Shown here piece after piece: positions 16,103-24,726 of a DNA stretch of 24,728 nucleotides. This stretch comes from Planctomycetota bacterium (lineage in GTDB: Bacteria; Planctomycetota; GCA-002687715; DRQF01): positions 31,288 to 56,015 of the forward strand of contig JALTLO010000094.1 in NCBI GenBank assembly GCA_027001995.1, read 5' to 3'. Each line of letters starts with the position of its first letter. Positions within the stretch are counted from its first letter, which is position 1. A model generated the notes under the pieces. That model searched no databases. It was not told the origin of the DNA and saw only the letters and a list, made by a program, of their open reading frames with translations. A program made the translations under genes and the position numbers.

Positions 16103-17469
16103 GCCCAAGACCACTCTTACGACCTGGGAGTTTGGCGTCCAGAATCTGGCTTCGATATTCGGACAACTTACCGGCTGTCCTCAGCTTGGTCCTCCTTCTT
16201 GGCCTTTTCTTGATTGCAGCATTTGCACCCTTCTTGAGTCAAGACCGTCCCATCTACATGGACGGTTCTTCCCCGCTTCTGGCCTCTTTTTCAAACCTGG
16301 ATTGGTTCTGGTTGGGCTTGGCAACAAGCTCCATCGTGGCTGCCATCACTTGGCACCTTCGTGCAGGAAAGAGCAATTGCGCTGTCCTCGTTGTCGGTTT
16401 CGCTACTCTCACCATGGCCCTCTTCTTACTGATCACAGCGAATTCCCACCCAGTCCACGAACGCCGCCGTTACCGCGTTGAAGAGGAAGAAAGAGCTCAG
16501 TTAGCCCAGCTCGATCAGGAGATCAGAAATAGGAATCTGGGACCAAAACGAGCGGTTGAACTGGAAAGATCATTCGTGGAAGACTCGGGACAAAGCCAGA
16601 TAGTGGCCTTGGAGGTCTTTGAACGATTGGCATTCATCGAGCAAGGTAAATTTGAAACCGGGGCTTACGAAGAGCTGGTTAATCACAATGAATCTGAGCT
16701 GACAAGCCTCCAAAATGCGATTTATCCCATCAATCGCTTCGATCCGAATCTCCCGGGTTTCTTGATTCTGAGAGGTCCCTATCAAGGCCCCCACACCTGG
16801 GGCTCAGATGGACAAGGAAGAGATGTTCTGGCGCGGCTCATTCACGGCACCCGAACCGCCCTCACGGTGGCTCTCTGTGCTACTCTCTTGATCGCTATTC
16901 TTGGCTTAGTCTTTGGTTTGTGCAGCGGTTATTTCGGCGGGATTGTTGATCGATCCTTGACCCGCTTGACTGAACTTGTGCTTTGCCTACCGGTGTTGGC
17001 AATCATGGTCGCGGCCCCAGCTTGGTTCCCCCGAGAATGGCGCCGCAGCCCCTTCTTCTTGGTCGCGTTTTTGGGGCTCACTCTTTGGCCGCAGGCTGCG
17101 CGCTTGGTGCGAGGAGAAGTCAGACGCTGTCGCCAGCTCGACTATGTTCGCAGTGCCATCGCTCTTGGGCTGAAGAATCATCAAGTGTTGAGAAGACACA
17201 TTGTGCCTTCTATCATGCCGCCCTTCTTGGTGAGCCTGGGCCTCACCGCTGGCAACATCGTGCTCCTTGAAGCCTCCTTGTCTTTTTTGGGGATTGGACC
17301 AGCGAATCAACCTTCTTGGGGTGGCATGCTCGCTGAGGCTCGGGGAGCGGCCCTCTTGGGGGAGTCCTGGCACTTGGCGGTCTTTCCTGGCTTGGCCGTC
17401 GTGCTTTGCATGTTGGTGTTCAACGTCTTGAGCCAATCCCTCGAAAGAGCCATCAACCCAAGACGCTAA
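16099..17469 (+). CDS. Peptide/nickel ABC permease (OppC/DppC-like) with an N-terminal insertion
   Basis: True start taken as ATG 16099 (ATGA overlap with the previous stop), not 15673. HTWGSDGQGRDVLARLIHGTRTAL; ARLVRGE...DYVRSAIALG; LEASLSFLGIG...PSWGGML. Confidence 0.93.
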   Translation: MSPRPLLRPGSLASRIWLRYSDNLPAVLSLVLLLGLFLIAAFAPFLSQDRPIYMDGSSPLLASFSNLDWFWLGLATSSIVAAITWHLRAGKSNCAVLVVGFATLTMALFLLITANSHPVHERRRYRVEEEERAQLAQLDQEIRNRNLGPKRAVELERSFVEDSGQSQIVALEVFERLAFIEQGKFETGAYEELVNHNESELTSLQNAIYPINRFDPNLPGFLILRGPYQGPHTWGSDGQGRDVLARLIHGTRTALTVALCATLLIAILGLVFGLCSGYFGGIVDRSLTRLTELVLCLPVLAIMVAAPAWFPREWRRSPFFLVAFLGLTLWPQAARLVRGEVRRCRQLDYVRSAIALGLKNHQVLRRHIVPSIMPPFLVSLGLTAGNIVLLEASLSFLGIGPANQPSWGGMLAEARGAALLGESWHLAVFPGLAVVLCMLVFNVLSQSLERAINPRR

Positions 17470-17490
17470 ATCCTTCCAACGCTGCAGAAG

Positions 17491-18678
17491 TTAGTCACCG
17501 GCAATGGTGCGCTTAGCAGATTCAGTAAACCGAATGCCTCGCTTCTTGAATTCTTCGACGAACTTCGCCCCATTCACAGCAATTTCCAAGGACGTGGCAC
17601 CGGGCTCGATTTCTCCCCGGGCTTGCATGATCGAAACGATTGCCGCTGACCAGCCTGTGGTTCTTTGCATAGCAGAAAAACCGGTCACTTCGTCTTCGAA
17701 GTCCATCACCTCAAGGGTTGTTGAAAAATCGTGTCCATCTTTCCGTCCTGAGACAGACACTCTGAGGACGACTAAGTCTTTGTCTCCGGGAAAGCTGAGC
17801 TTTGGACTCACGACTGTGTGGAAGACATCCCGGGGCACAACCTTTTGGCCACCGCGCATCTCGACAGGCTTGAGATCAAGAAGTCCCAATTCATGCATCA
17901 CTTTGAAGCGCTCATAGTGCCCAGGATAACGAACGGTCTTGTAGTCGTAGTTTCTAACCCTTCCCTCGAACGTCCAAGGGCATGTGGATGTACCGCCGGA
18001 AGTGACGAAGGCTTCGCAGCGTCCTACAGGGGCGTCGAAGTGAATCTCTTCTAACTCACTGAAAGTCTTCACTGGGGTAATGGCACCATTGCGCAAGAAT
18101 ACGGCTTCACCAAAGTACTCATTGGTAAGTCCACCAATGTTAAAGACAACTTTATAATTCAAAGGTGGCTTTGGATCTTGAGGGAGCCCGCCACAACGAA
18201 TGTGGACAGAGTCGACTTCATCCATACGGTCCATACCATAGGCTGCCAATGTATTGCCCAGACCCGGGGCCAAGCCGCAGTCTGGTACAATGCTCACATT
18301 CGCCGCCTTAGCCTCATCATTCATGCCAACCACGCGCCGTGAAACATCAGTGTTACCACCCAAATCGCACATATGGGAGCCAGCATGAATGCAAGCCAGA
18401 GCGATGGCCGGATTGAAGAAGTAAGGCACGGCACTCAAGGTGGCATCAATGCCCTGAAGTTTGTGCTCCACATCGCCGCCATCGCGGACGTCGATCATCT
18501 CACCCCGAGCGATTTCGCGCCCTAGTAGGCGGTTGATGCGGTCTGCTTGAGCCCGAGCTTGCCGTTCTTGACGATCCAAAAGCAAAATTGAATCGGCGTC
18601 TCCAAAACGTCCCATATCATAAGCAGCGGCCGTTCCTTGCAGTCCAGCCCCCAAAATAGCGTACTGATATCCCATCAT
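17491..18678 (-). CDS. Saccharopine dehydrogenase-family NAD(P)-dependent oxidoreductase (lysine 6-dehydrogenase-like)
   Basis: Rossmann motif ILGAGLQG immediately after ATG 18678/18675; SAVPY, CDLGG, PDCGLAPG, CGGLP, YKTVRYPGH and SAMQRTTG motifs. Confidence 0.88.
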   Translation of the reverse strand: MMGYQYAILGAGLQGTAAAYDMGRFGDADSILLLDRQERQARAQADRINRLLGREIARGEMIDVRDGGDVEHKLQGIDATLSAVPYFFNPAIALACIHAGSHMCDLGGNTDVSRRVVGMNDEAKAANVSIVPDCGLAPGLGNTLAAYGMDRMDEVDSVHIRCGGLPQDPKPPLNYKVVFNIGGLTNEYFGEAVFLRNGAITPVKTFSELEEIHFDAPVGRCEAFVTSGGTSTCPWTFEGRVRNYDYKTVRYPGHYERFKVMHELGLLDLKPVEMRGGQKVVPRDVFHTVVSPKLSFPGDKDLVVLRVSVSGRKDGHDFSTTLEVMDFEDEVTGFSAMQRTTGWSAAIVSIMQARGEIEPGATSLEIAVNGAKFVEEFKKRGIRFTESAKRTIAGD

Positions 18679-18959
18679 TTGCCCCCGTGGCAGTAAAAGA
18701 TCCCAAAAAAGTGAATTCGGCACATGGGTTGCGCTGCCGCCTCGTAGATCAGAACAAAGTCATTTTATCTGAAAGACTTGCAGACCATCGCACGTCTGGA
18801 CCATACGATATGAAATGGATGGCGGACAGATTCCTTGTGAAAATCCATCAAGGGAAGACAGATTTCGTATCTAGTGGGAGCGGACCCAAGAACTTGGTCG
18901 ATAATTCTGAGAGATTGGCAACAGTCGACCCTGGCGGTTCACGAAAAAAGGAGGCCATT

Positions 18960-20018
18960 ATGGCCCAGAATCTAAAGCTTCATCTCGTTCTGCTTGGGAT
19001 ATTGTTGGCCTTTACTGCAAACACTGGCAATTCCCAGATCCGTCTCGAAAGAGTCCAGTACAAGTCCGGACGCGTTGTGTCTGGCGAAATCCTTGAAGTC
19101 AAGAAAAAGCACATCGTCTTGGCCCGGAAGATCGGCATGGGCTCAATTCGCGAAAAGATCCCCTTCGATCGTATCGAGCCTGTCAGCCTCTATACTTGCT
19201 TAGTCTCGGCCCTCAGTCCCTTAGACAAACAAGCCCACATGCGCATCGGCGAAGCTGCTTTTGCAGCAGAGCTCTACCCGACGGCCAAGAGACATTTCCT
19301 GAAGTCAGCGACCAATCCCAAGAAACTAACGGCACCCCTGCGCAAACGAATCGAAGAATGTGAGTCTCGTGACATCGCCAAACTCCTCAAGAGAAGCATG
19401 GCGGAACTCAGCAAAGAACACTTCAAGATGGCCAGACGCATCGCTTTGATGGCCATGAAACGATACCCAGACCACGTCGAAGCCCGAGTCATCCCGACCC
19501 AACTCAATCGCATCAAGCGACGCTTCCAAAGCGCCCGCAAGCGAGATGCCGCTCTCGCCACCACGAAAAGGCAAAAGGCCATGTGGGATGCTGCGGAGAA
19601 GAGCTTGCTTGGCTTGGATGCCTACTTGGTGAAAGCCGAAAAATACGAAATCAAATCGCTACGGTCGTCCAAGAAGTTGAGACGATCCAAAGGATACATT
19701 GATCTTGGGCTCAGAGAATTAGTACGGGCCGACAAGAACCTTTGGCGGTTGAAGCAATCTGGCTCAATCCCCGCCGGACTCAAAGATCGCTTGATCGCCG
19801 CAGACGACACCATCATCACCATGCAGATTCGTTTGCGCCTCCACTTGGCGAGTCTTTATTCAGTACGTGGCTCCTATGGCACTGCTCTTTCTTGGGCCAA
19901 CGACGCTCTGTCATTTGACCCAACGGACAAGAGCGCTTTAGATGCCCGAGCAAGAATTGAGACGTCGGCCGCTGCCGCCAGTGCCCGAGGAGGATTTGGT
20001 GGTCGACTGAGGCGCTAA
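18960..20018 (+). CDS. Exported basic helical protein with a TPR-like C-terminus
   Basis: AAGGAGG RBS before ATG 18960; signal peptide (MAQNLKLHLVLLGILLAFTANTGNS|Q). Small N-terminal beta domain (VQYKSGRVVSGEI). TPR-like LHLASLYSVRGSYGTALSWANDALSFDPTD. Confidence 0.75.
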   Translation: MAQNLKLHLVLLGILLAFTANTGNSQIRLERVQYKSGRVVSGEILEVKKKHIVLARKIGMGSIREKIPFDRIEPVSLYTCLVSALSPLDKQAHMRIGEAAFAAELYPTAKRHFLKSATNPKKLTAPLRKRIEECESRDIAKLLKRSMAELSKEHFKMARRIALMAMKRYPDHVEARVIPTQLNRIKRRFQSARKRDAALATTKRQKAMWDAAEKSLLGLDAYLVKAEKYEIKSLRSSKKLRRSKGYIDLGLRELVRADKNLWRLKQSGSIPAGLKDRLIAADDTIITMQIRLRLHLASLYSVRGSYGTALSWANDALSFDPTDKSALDARARIETSAAAASARGGFGGRLRR

Positions 20019-20063
20019 CATGTTGGGACAAGGGAGCAGAAAGCCTCAGCCCTCTTCCTTCCT

Positions 20064-20900
20064 TCATTCATTCACATGATAATTCTGATTGCCCTGGGCA
20101 ATCTTACGTTTCACGTGGGCCCGGATACTTCTCGCTTTCGAATCGATCTCCGCTACTAAGTCTCTGGCACCAGAAAGATTCACCCCTAAGTATCGCCTGA
20201 GGAATCGTAAGCGAGCAAATACGGAGAACCACTTGAGAGGGGTCGAGAAATGCAGAGCAGCCAAGTCCTTGATGCGCCAGCGTGTCCCCACATGGTCTCG
20301 GCAATCGGCCCGGTCTAAATCCATCACATAAACCGTCTTCAGATCATTTCCCAGAAATAGATGCCCCAAATAGAAATCTCGGTGATTCACCCCACCTTGG
20401 TGCATTGTCTTCAGGATATCAGCAACTTGGACAGCCAAACATTGAAGATCGACCTCGGTCTCCCCCACCCGGCCGTGGTTTCGCAGCAGCTCTTCTAAGG
20501 ACAAACAAACGGGCAATCCTTGGGTGAGAAGATAAGCCTGTCGCACCACGCCTCCCAAGTAGTGTTCTGCACAAATGACCCCTGTCGCCGCTGGAACATC
20601 AAGAGCTTTCAAACGCTCTAAGGCCAGCCATTCCCGTCCAGGCCGGGAATGAAAGGCTCCAAATCCAAAGCGCGTTTTCCATGCCTCAAGAAGAGGCGTC
20701 GCAAATACCCGCTTCAAGAAGTAGGTATTTCCATCTTCCAAGACCAAGCGATGCACTTGCCGATCAGCGAGTTTGTCTTTAACTACTTGGCCATCTCGAC
20801 GATCCATGGTGACGGCAAAATCATCCAATCGTTCAGCCCCAAGACCTACCAAGAGAGCATCACACCGCCGTAACCGAATTTTCCCTGGGAAATCAACCAT
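20064..20900 (-). CDS. waaP: Lipopolysaccharide core heptose kinase, WaaP/RfaP (Kdo/WaaP family)
   Basis: YFLK, REW.AL.RL, MHQGGVNHRDFYLGH catalytic loop, MDLDRA and RWRIKDLAALHFS all match WaaP-type motifs. Confidence 0.8.
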   Translation of the reverse strand: MVDFPGKIRLRRCDALLVGLGAERLDDFAVTMDRRDGQVVKDKLADRQVHRLVLEDGNTYFLKRVFATPLLEAWKTRFGFGAFHSRPGREWLALERLKALDVPAATGVICAEHYLGGVVRQAYLLTQGLPVCLSLEELLRNHGRVGETEVDLQCLAVQVADILKTMHQGGVNHRDFYLGHLFLGNDLKTVYVMDLDRADCRDHVGTRWRIKDLAALHFSTPLKWFSVFARLRFLRRYLGVNLSGARDLVAEIDSKARSIRAHVKRKIAQGNQNYHVNE

Positions 20901-21186
20901 GGGACGACCTTAGCCCACCTAACTCTCAAACTCAATTTCCTGGATTCTTCGCCCCCGCCCCAACTCCCTTCACGAATGATTTCACCCAGCAACCACATCT
21001 AAACTCATTGCCGAAGAATGTTTATGGCTATTGCTCATACCCCATACGCTGAAAACAACCACTCTCCAAGACAGCGATTCTTGCAAAACCAAATGTTGCC
21101 TTTCGATTTTCCAAGACATGCATTTAGAAATACAAGGAGTTACGCTGTCTCTCCATCCACCACCGACTCACTCAAGACATCCTGTT

Positions 21187-21424
21187 CGCACTCAACAACA
21201 AAGAAGAAATCGACTTTGTCTTGGAACGACCGGATGGCAGTCTTTTCGGCATTGAAGTCAAGTCATCGGCAACCATCAGATCTGAGGAATTCAAAGGGCT
21301 AAAAGTGCTTCAAGAAGCGAGTGGGTATCAATTCATTGGTGGAATCCTTCTCTATACCGACACAGAGGTCTTTCCATTTGGCCCCCAACTCTTAGCTGCT
21401 CCGATGGGCTCTCTCTGGCAATAA
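21187..21424 (+). pseudogene. C-terminal remnant of an AAA-ATPase/DUF4143 gene (PD-(D/E)XK-like terminal domain)
   Basis: EEIDFVLERPDGSLFGIEVKSSATIRSEEFKGL...GILLYT...PFG...AAPMGSLW is the typical C-terminus of this family. The frame is closed by TAG at 21125, with no start before the motif and no ATPase domain. RTQQQ (21187-21201) lies one base out of frame from EEIDF. Confidence 0.72.
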
Positions 21425-21600
21425 CACGGCTTTTCCGAAAATCGGAATTCAGAATCAGGAACGATTCTCTATGGCTAAGGGCGTCTTCTACACGGAGTTA
21501 GCACTCATCTGAAAGTTGCCCGGTTGGGTCAGGAAGGAAGATCCCTGCGCCGACGGTGAAAATTTTTGAACTCTTGGCCAGATCAGGCGACCAAGAGCCC

Positions 21601-22638
21601 ATGAATACACAACACATGACAATCATCAGCATCTTGCTAGGTATCATTACTTTGGCAGCAGTCTTGGCCTTTGTCGGTTTTGAAAGCGATTCGGAAATCG
21701 AAATCAACTCCGGGAGGATATCGAATGTCGAAGAGGCGGAGTCAACACCTCAAATACCGCGAAGAGAAACACGATCAGCCGTGGACGATGCGGAAAACGT
21801 CGAACAAACGACCAAGAACATCGGAGGCAGCTTACTTCTCAAGAACAAGGAAGCCATTGGAAATACCGCGATTCGCTGGCAAATCCAAACGGACAAGCAA
21901 ACACGCGGCGGTCGCGTGCGAACAGACGGCTCCGGGCGATTCCTGATTCCATTGTCAAAACCCGGAATCCTTGGCGAAGGCGCCAGGCTCATTGTGATCA
22001 GAGATCTTCCCGCTGGTGCGTCCATTGAAGAAGCAGCGTTTTCAATGTTGCCCAACCTCCTCGTCAAAGGCACCACCGAGATAGGCCCCCTCTACTTTGA
22101 GCCCGCCCCTATTGTCGCCGGAGGTCAAATCATTGATCAAGACGGAAAACCAATTTCGGGAGTGACACTCACCGTTTCTCTGGAAGGTCCCAAGGGCAAA
22201 ACTCCCGTGACTTGGTCGATCATGGCCAGAGATGAAAGTGGCAACTTCGCCCTGCGCCAGCGCACGGAAGCGAAGAGAATGAAAATCAAGGTGAGCCGCC
22301 CCGGATACCTCACCCTGGAAGATACCTACCCGGTTGGAAAGAAGGACTGGTTCATCCAATTGAAGCAAGCCGCAATCTTGGTCGGTGTCATCGATAAGAT
22401 TGGCAAAGACTATGAAGTGATTTTCATCGCTGCCAACGGCCTCCAGCAGCCAGCTCCCAGATGTGGGCGCGGCAAGAGCGGCAGCCTCTCCTTCCGTTTC
22501 ACCGACATCTACCCGGGTCAAGGCACTCTTTTCATCAAAGAGCACGGTCGTATCCTCCACGAACTCGCCCTCACCCTGAAACCAGGTCACAACAGAATGC
22601 CTCCCCTTCCTCGCGGGACAAAATCCAAACTGACATAG
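21601..22638 (+). CDS. Membrane-anchored carboxypeptidase-regulatory-like (prealbumin-fold) domain protein
   Basis: N-terminal TM helix (IISILLGIITLAAVLAFVGF); RTDGSGRF, GQIIDQDGKPISGVTL, DESGNF...KVSRPGY, FRFTDIYPG. The start could be 21556, 21601 or 21616. Confidence 0.8.
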   Translation: MNTQHMTIISILLGIITLAAVLAFVGFESDSEIEINSGRISNVEEAESTPQIPRRETRSAVDDAENVEQTTKNIGGSLLLKNKEAIGNTAIRWQIQTDKQTRGGRVRTDGSGRFLIPLSKPGILGEGARLIVIRDLPAGASIEEAAFSMLPNLLVKGTTEIGPLYFEPAPIVAGGQIIDQDGKPISGVTLTVSLEGPKGKTPVTWSIMARDESGNFALRQRTEAKRMKIKVSRPGYLTLEDTYPVGKKDWFIQLKQAAILVGVIDKIGKDYEVIFIAANGLQQPAPRCGRGKSGSLSFRFTDIYPGQGTLFIKEHGRILHELALTLKPGHNRMPPLPRGTKSKLT

Positions 22639-23031
22639 ATTTTTTCGGGAGACAGCGGCGAAATCTGGGGACAACGCCAAGACGATATGGGGATCCGCGG
22701 GAGATTCCCCTTTGGTCCAGGTTCCGAAGCACACCGACAAGGAACAAATCAGAGCACCCAAAAGCGCGGTTCCCAGCCCAATCGCATAGATTCGATCAGA
22801 AGCGATTCGCACTCATCGATGATGAACTGCCAGCACATGGCCTGGGGCAAAAGTGGCTAGAGATGCATCCGAATGCTCTGATGGACAGGGACGGGCCGCG
22901 CAAGATGAACCTGAGCGACGTCGATGATGGAATCATTGAGAAACCACCATTGATCGGCGCTTTCGTGACAGGGCGGTGTTTGACTCTGGTCCATAGCATC
23001 TCAAGCCAAGAACATCGTCGCTCTCGACGGC

Positions 23032-24726
23032 TCAACGTCCATTTACCTCTTCGATTTCTTTGAGAACTCGATTCAGTTCGGCTGAGTCGAATTTGAGACG
23101 AAAAACTTGTTCTTGTTTCGAATCGAGAATGTTCAACTTGCCACCGGAAAGTGCCACTCCAAAACCATAGCCCTTATATTTCCCGCTGGCCGGTGTCAAT
23201 GATGCATAAGCTTTGTACTTGCCAGGAAAAGGGACATGAAACACGCCGCCCTCACGGGGGACCTCACGGCGCCTCCCACTCAACCTTCGGGAATGTCTTA
23301 GCTTGATGACAACGTCGACTCCTTGAGGGACCAGATTCTTGAGGTCGTCGACCTCAATGCGAACCGGCAGACCACGTTTCATGCGCAGCTCGATTCTACC
23401 GTTTCCAATTTTCTCGAATGTCAAAGTTCGATAACCAGCAAGATGAACTTGGATATCAACGAGGGGCTCATCAATGGCGAAACTTTGGTGCTTCTTGGAC
23501 ATCGTGTATTGAGCTAAGCGATCATCAGAACCAGGAGAAAAGACATCGACGTAGACTTTGCCTTTCGAGATCGTCAATGGTTCAAGTCGTTCGAGATCGA
23601 TTCTAATTCCAGAGAAATCGCATCGGATCTCCCCTAGGTCTTGAGATTCGTTTTCTCCTAATGTGATGCCCTCAACAGTATGGATAGCAGACTCCGTTTC
23701 GTGAATACGAAAGTCCAACTTGTAATTTCCTGGAGGGAGATAGCCCATCGCGAATGCACCATCGGTTTCTATTCTTGTCAGCCGCATGCTGCCATCGTCC
23801 TTGCTCACCAAAACGGCATCGATGTCATCGGTACGAAGGTTATTTGGGAGAATGAGAGCGCCCAAGATGGAACTTTCTCTCTTGAGCGTAATGACGAACT
23901 TAGTAGAGCCCTTTAGGGCCACAACTTTTTCTTCCAAGAAACCAGGAGCGTTGACACGCACAAGAAAATCACTGTCCTCGCAAGTGCCAAGAACCTCAAA
24001 AGTTCCATCGCTGCTAGTAAAAGGAAAGCCGCTAGGACTCTTACACCTAAATCGATACTGAGACCCCAAGTCTTTGACATTCGCTAACAGCATAATTTGA
24101 GCTTGGGCGACGGGTTTGCCATCCCCGTCCTGAACGATACCCGAGACAAGTGTTGGAGAAAACTCTAGCAGGACGTCCCCTAAGTCATCACCCCGGAGCT
24201 TCCCTTCCGTGAATGGCAAAGAAAGTGCAGCGCTCATGAACCTTCTTTCTTTGCTAGCTTTCACCGAAAACAGGATCACCCTTTTGTCAGCTCGCGCTTG
24301 AAGAGTATTGGGAAGGGGCAATGCGAAACGACCAAGCTCATCAGTGGTACAACCGCCACCGCACCTGAAGCTACTTGCAACGCTGCTCTCCACAATCGAA
24401 GTATCAACGGACGTATCTCTCAGAGGCGTCCCGTCGGGAGCTAATAATCGTCCGACGAAAGTGTTCTGATTCTTCTTGAAGCTAAAATCCAAGTGCAGTT
24501 CTTCATCAGCCTCCAACGGTCCATCATGAGTCTCTACAATGGGGTCCAACTCCTGCTTACCTTTGGCGACCAGAGAGAACTTGAGCCGCAATCCCGGGGC
24601 GACAAATGGAATCTTGATCTTTCCACCTCGAAATGCGGTCTCGACGGTGCTTAGAGAACCCCAATCCTCAGCGCCCTCTGATGATCGCTCGCCGGAGTCA
24701 ACAACGTCAATGCGGAGCGAAGTGAG
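23032..24726 (-). CDS. Carboxypeptidase-regulatory-like repeat protein, 5' end beyond the window
   Basis: The frame stays open from 24591 to the window end (hand-checked), so the track's TTG is internal. Motifs GRLLAPDGTPL, TTDELGRF, GIVQDGDGKPVAQA, TSSDGTF...VNAPGF, DGAFAMGYLPPGNY. Confidence 0.85.
   Translation of the reverse strand, partial: LTSLRIDVVDSGERSSEGAEDWGSLSTVETAFRGGKIKIPFVAPGLRLKFSLVAKGKQELDPIVETHDGPLEADEELHLDFSFKKNQNTFVGRLLAPDGTPLRDTSVDTSIVESSVASSFRCGGGCTTDELGRFALPLPNTLQARADKRVILFSVKASKERRFMSAALSLPFTEGKLRGDDLGDVLLEFSPTLVSGIVQDGDGKPVAQAQIMLLANVKDLGSQYRFRCKSPSGFPFTSSDGTFEVLGTCEDSDFLVRVNAPGFLEEKVVALKGSTKFVITLKRESSILGALILPNNLRTDDIDAVLVSKDDGSMRLTRIETDGAFAMGYLPPGNYKLDFRIHETESAIHTVEGITLGENESQDLGEIRCDFSGIRIDLERLEPLTISKGKVYVDVFSPGSDDRLAQYTMSKKHQSFAIDEPLVDIQVHLAGYRTLTFEKIGNGRIELRMKRGLPVRIEVDDLKNLVPQGVDVVIKLRHSRRLSGRRREVPREGGVFHVPFPGKYKAYASLTPASGKYKGYGFGVALSGGKLNILDSKQEQVFRLKFDSAELNRVLKEIEEVNGR

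Noticed and set aside
18687..18959. N-terminal extensions of the two divergent ORFs (track starts 18687 and 18723)
   Set aside because: They would overlap head-to-head. The AAGGAGG RBS and signal peptide at 18960, and the Rossmann motif right after 18678, define better starts.
21519..21556. GGTCAGGAAGGAAG resembling the SRP (4.5S) RNA domain IV
   Set aside because: It lacks the TCCG stem before the GGAA loop and the downstream GCAGC, so the conserved helix cannot form.
22042..22812. 256-aa minus-strand ORF
   Set aside because: Mostly antisense to the 21601-22638 gene, with no recognisable motifs.
22749..22994. Minus-strand frame with a single in-frame TAG (22857-22859), possible readthrough
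   Set aside because: It is the in-register antisense of the open plus frame; no homology evidence and no recoding machinery in the window.
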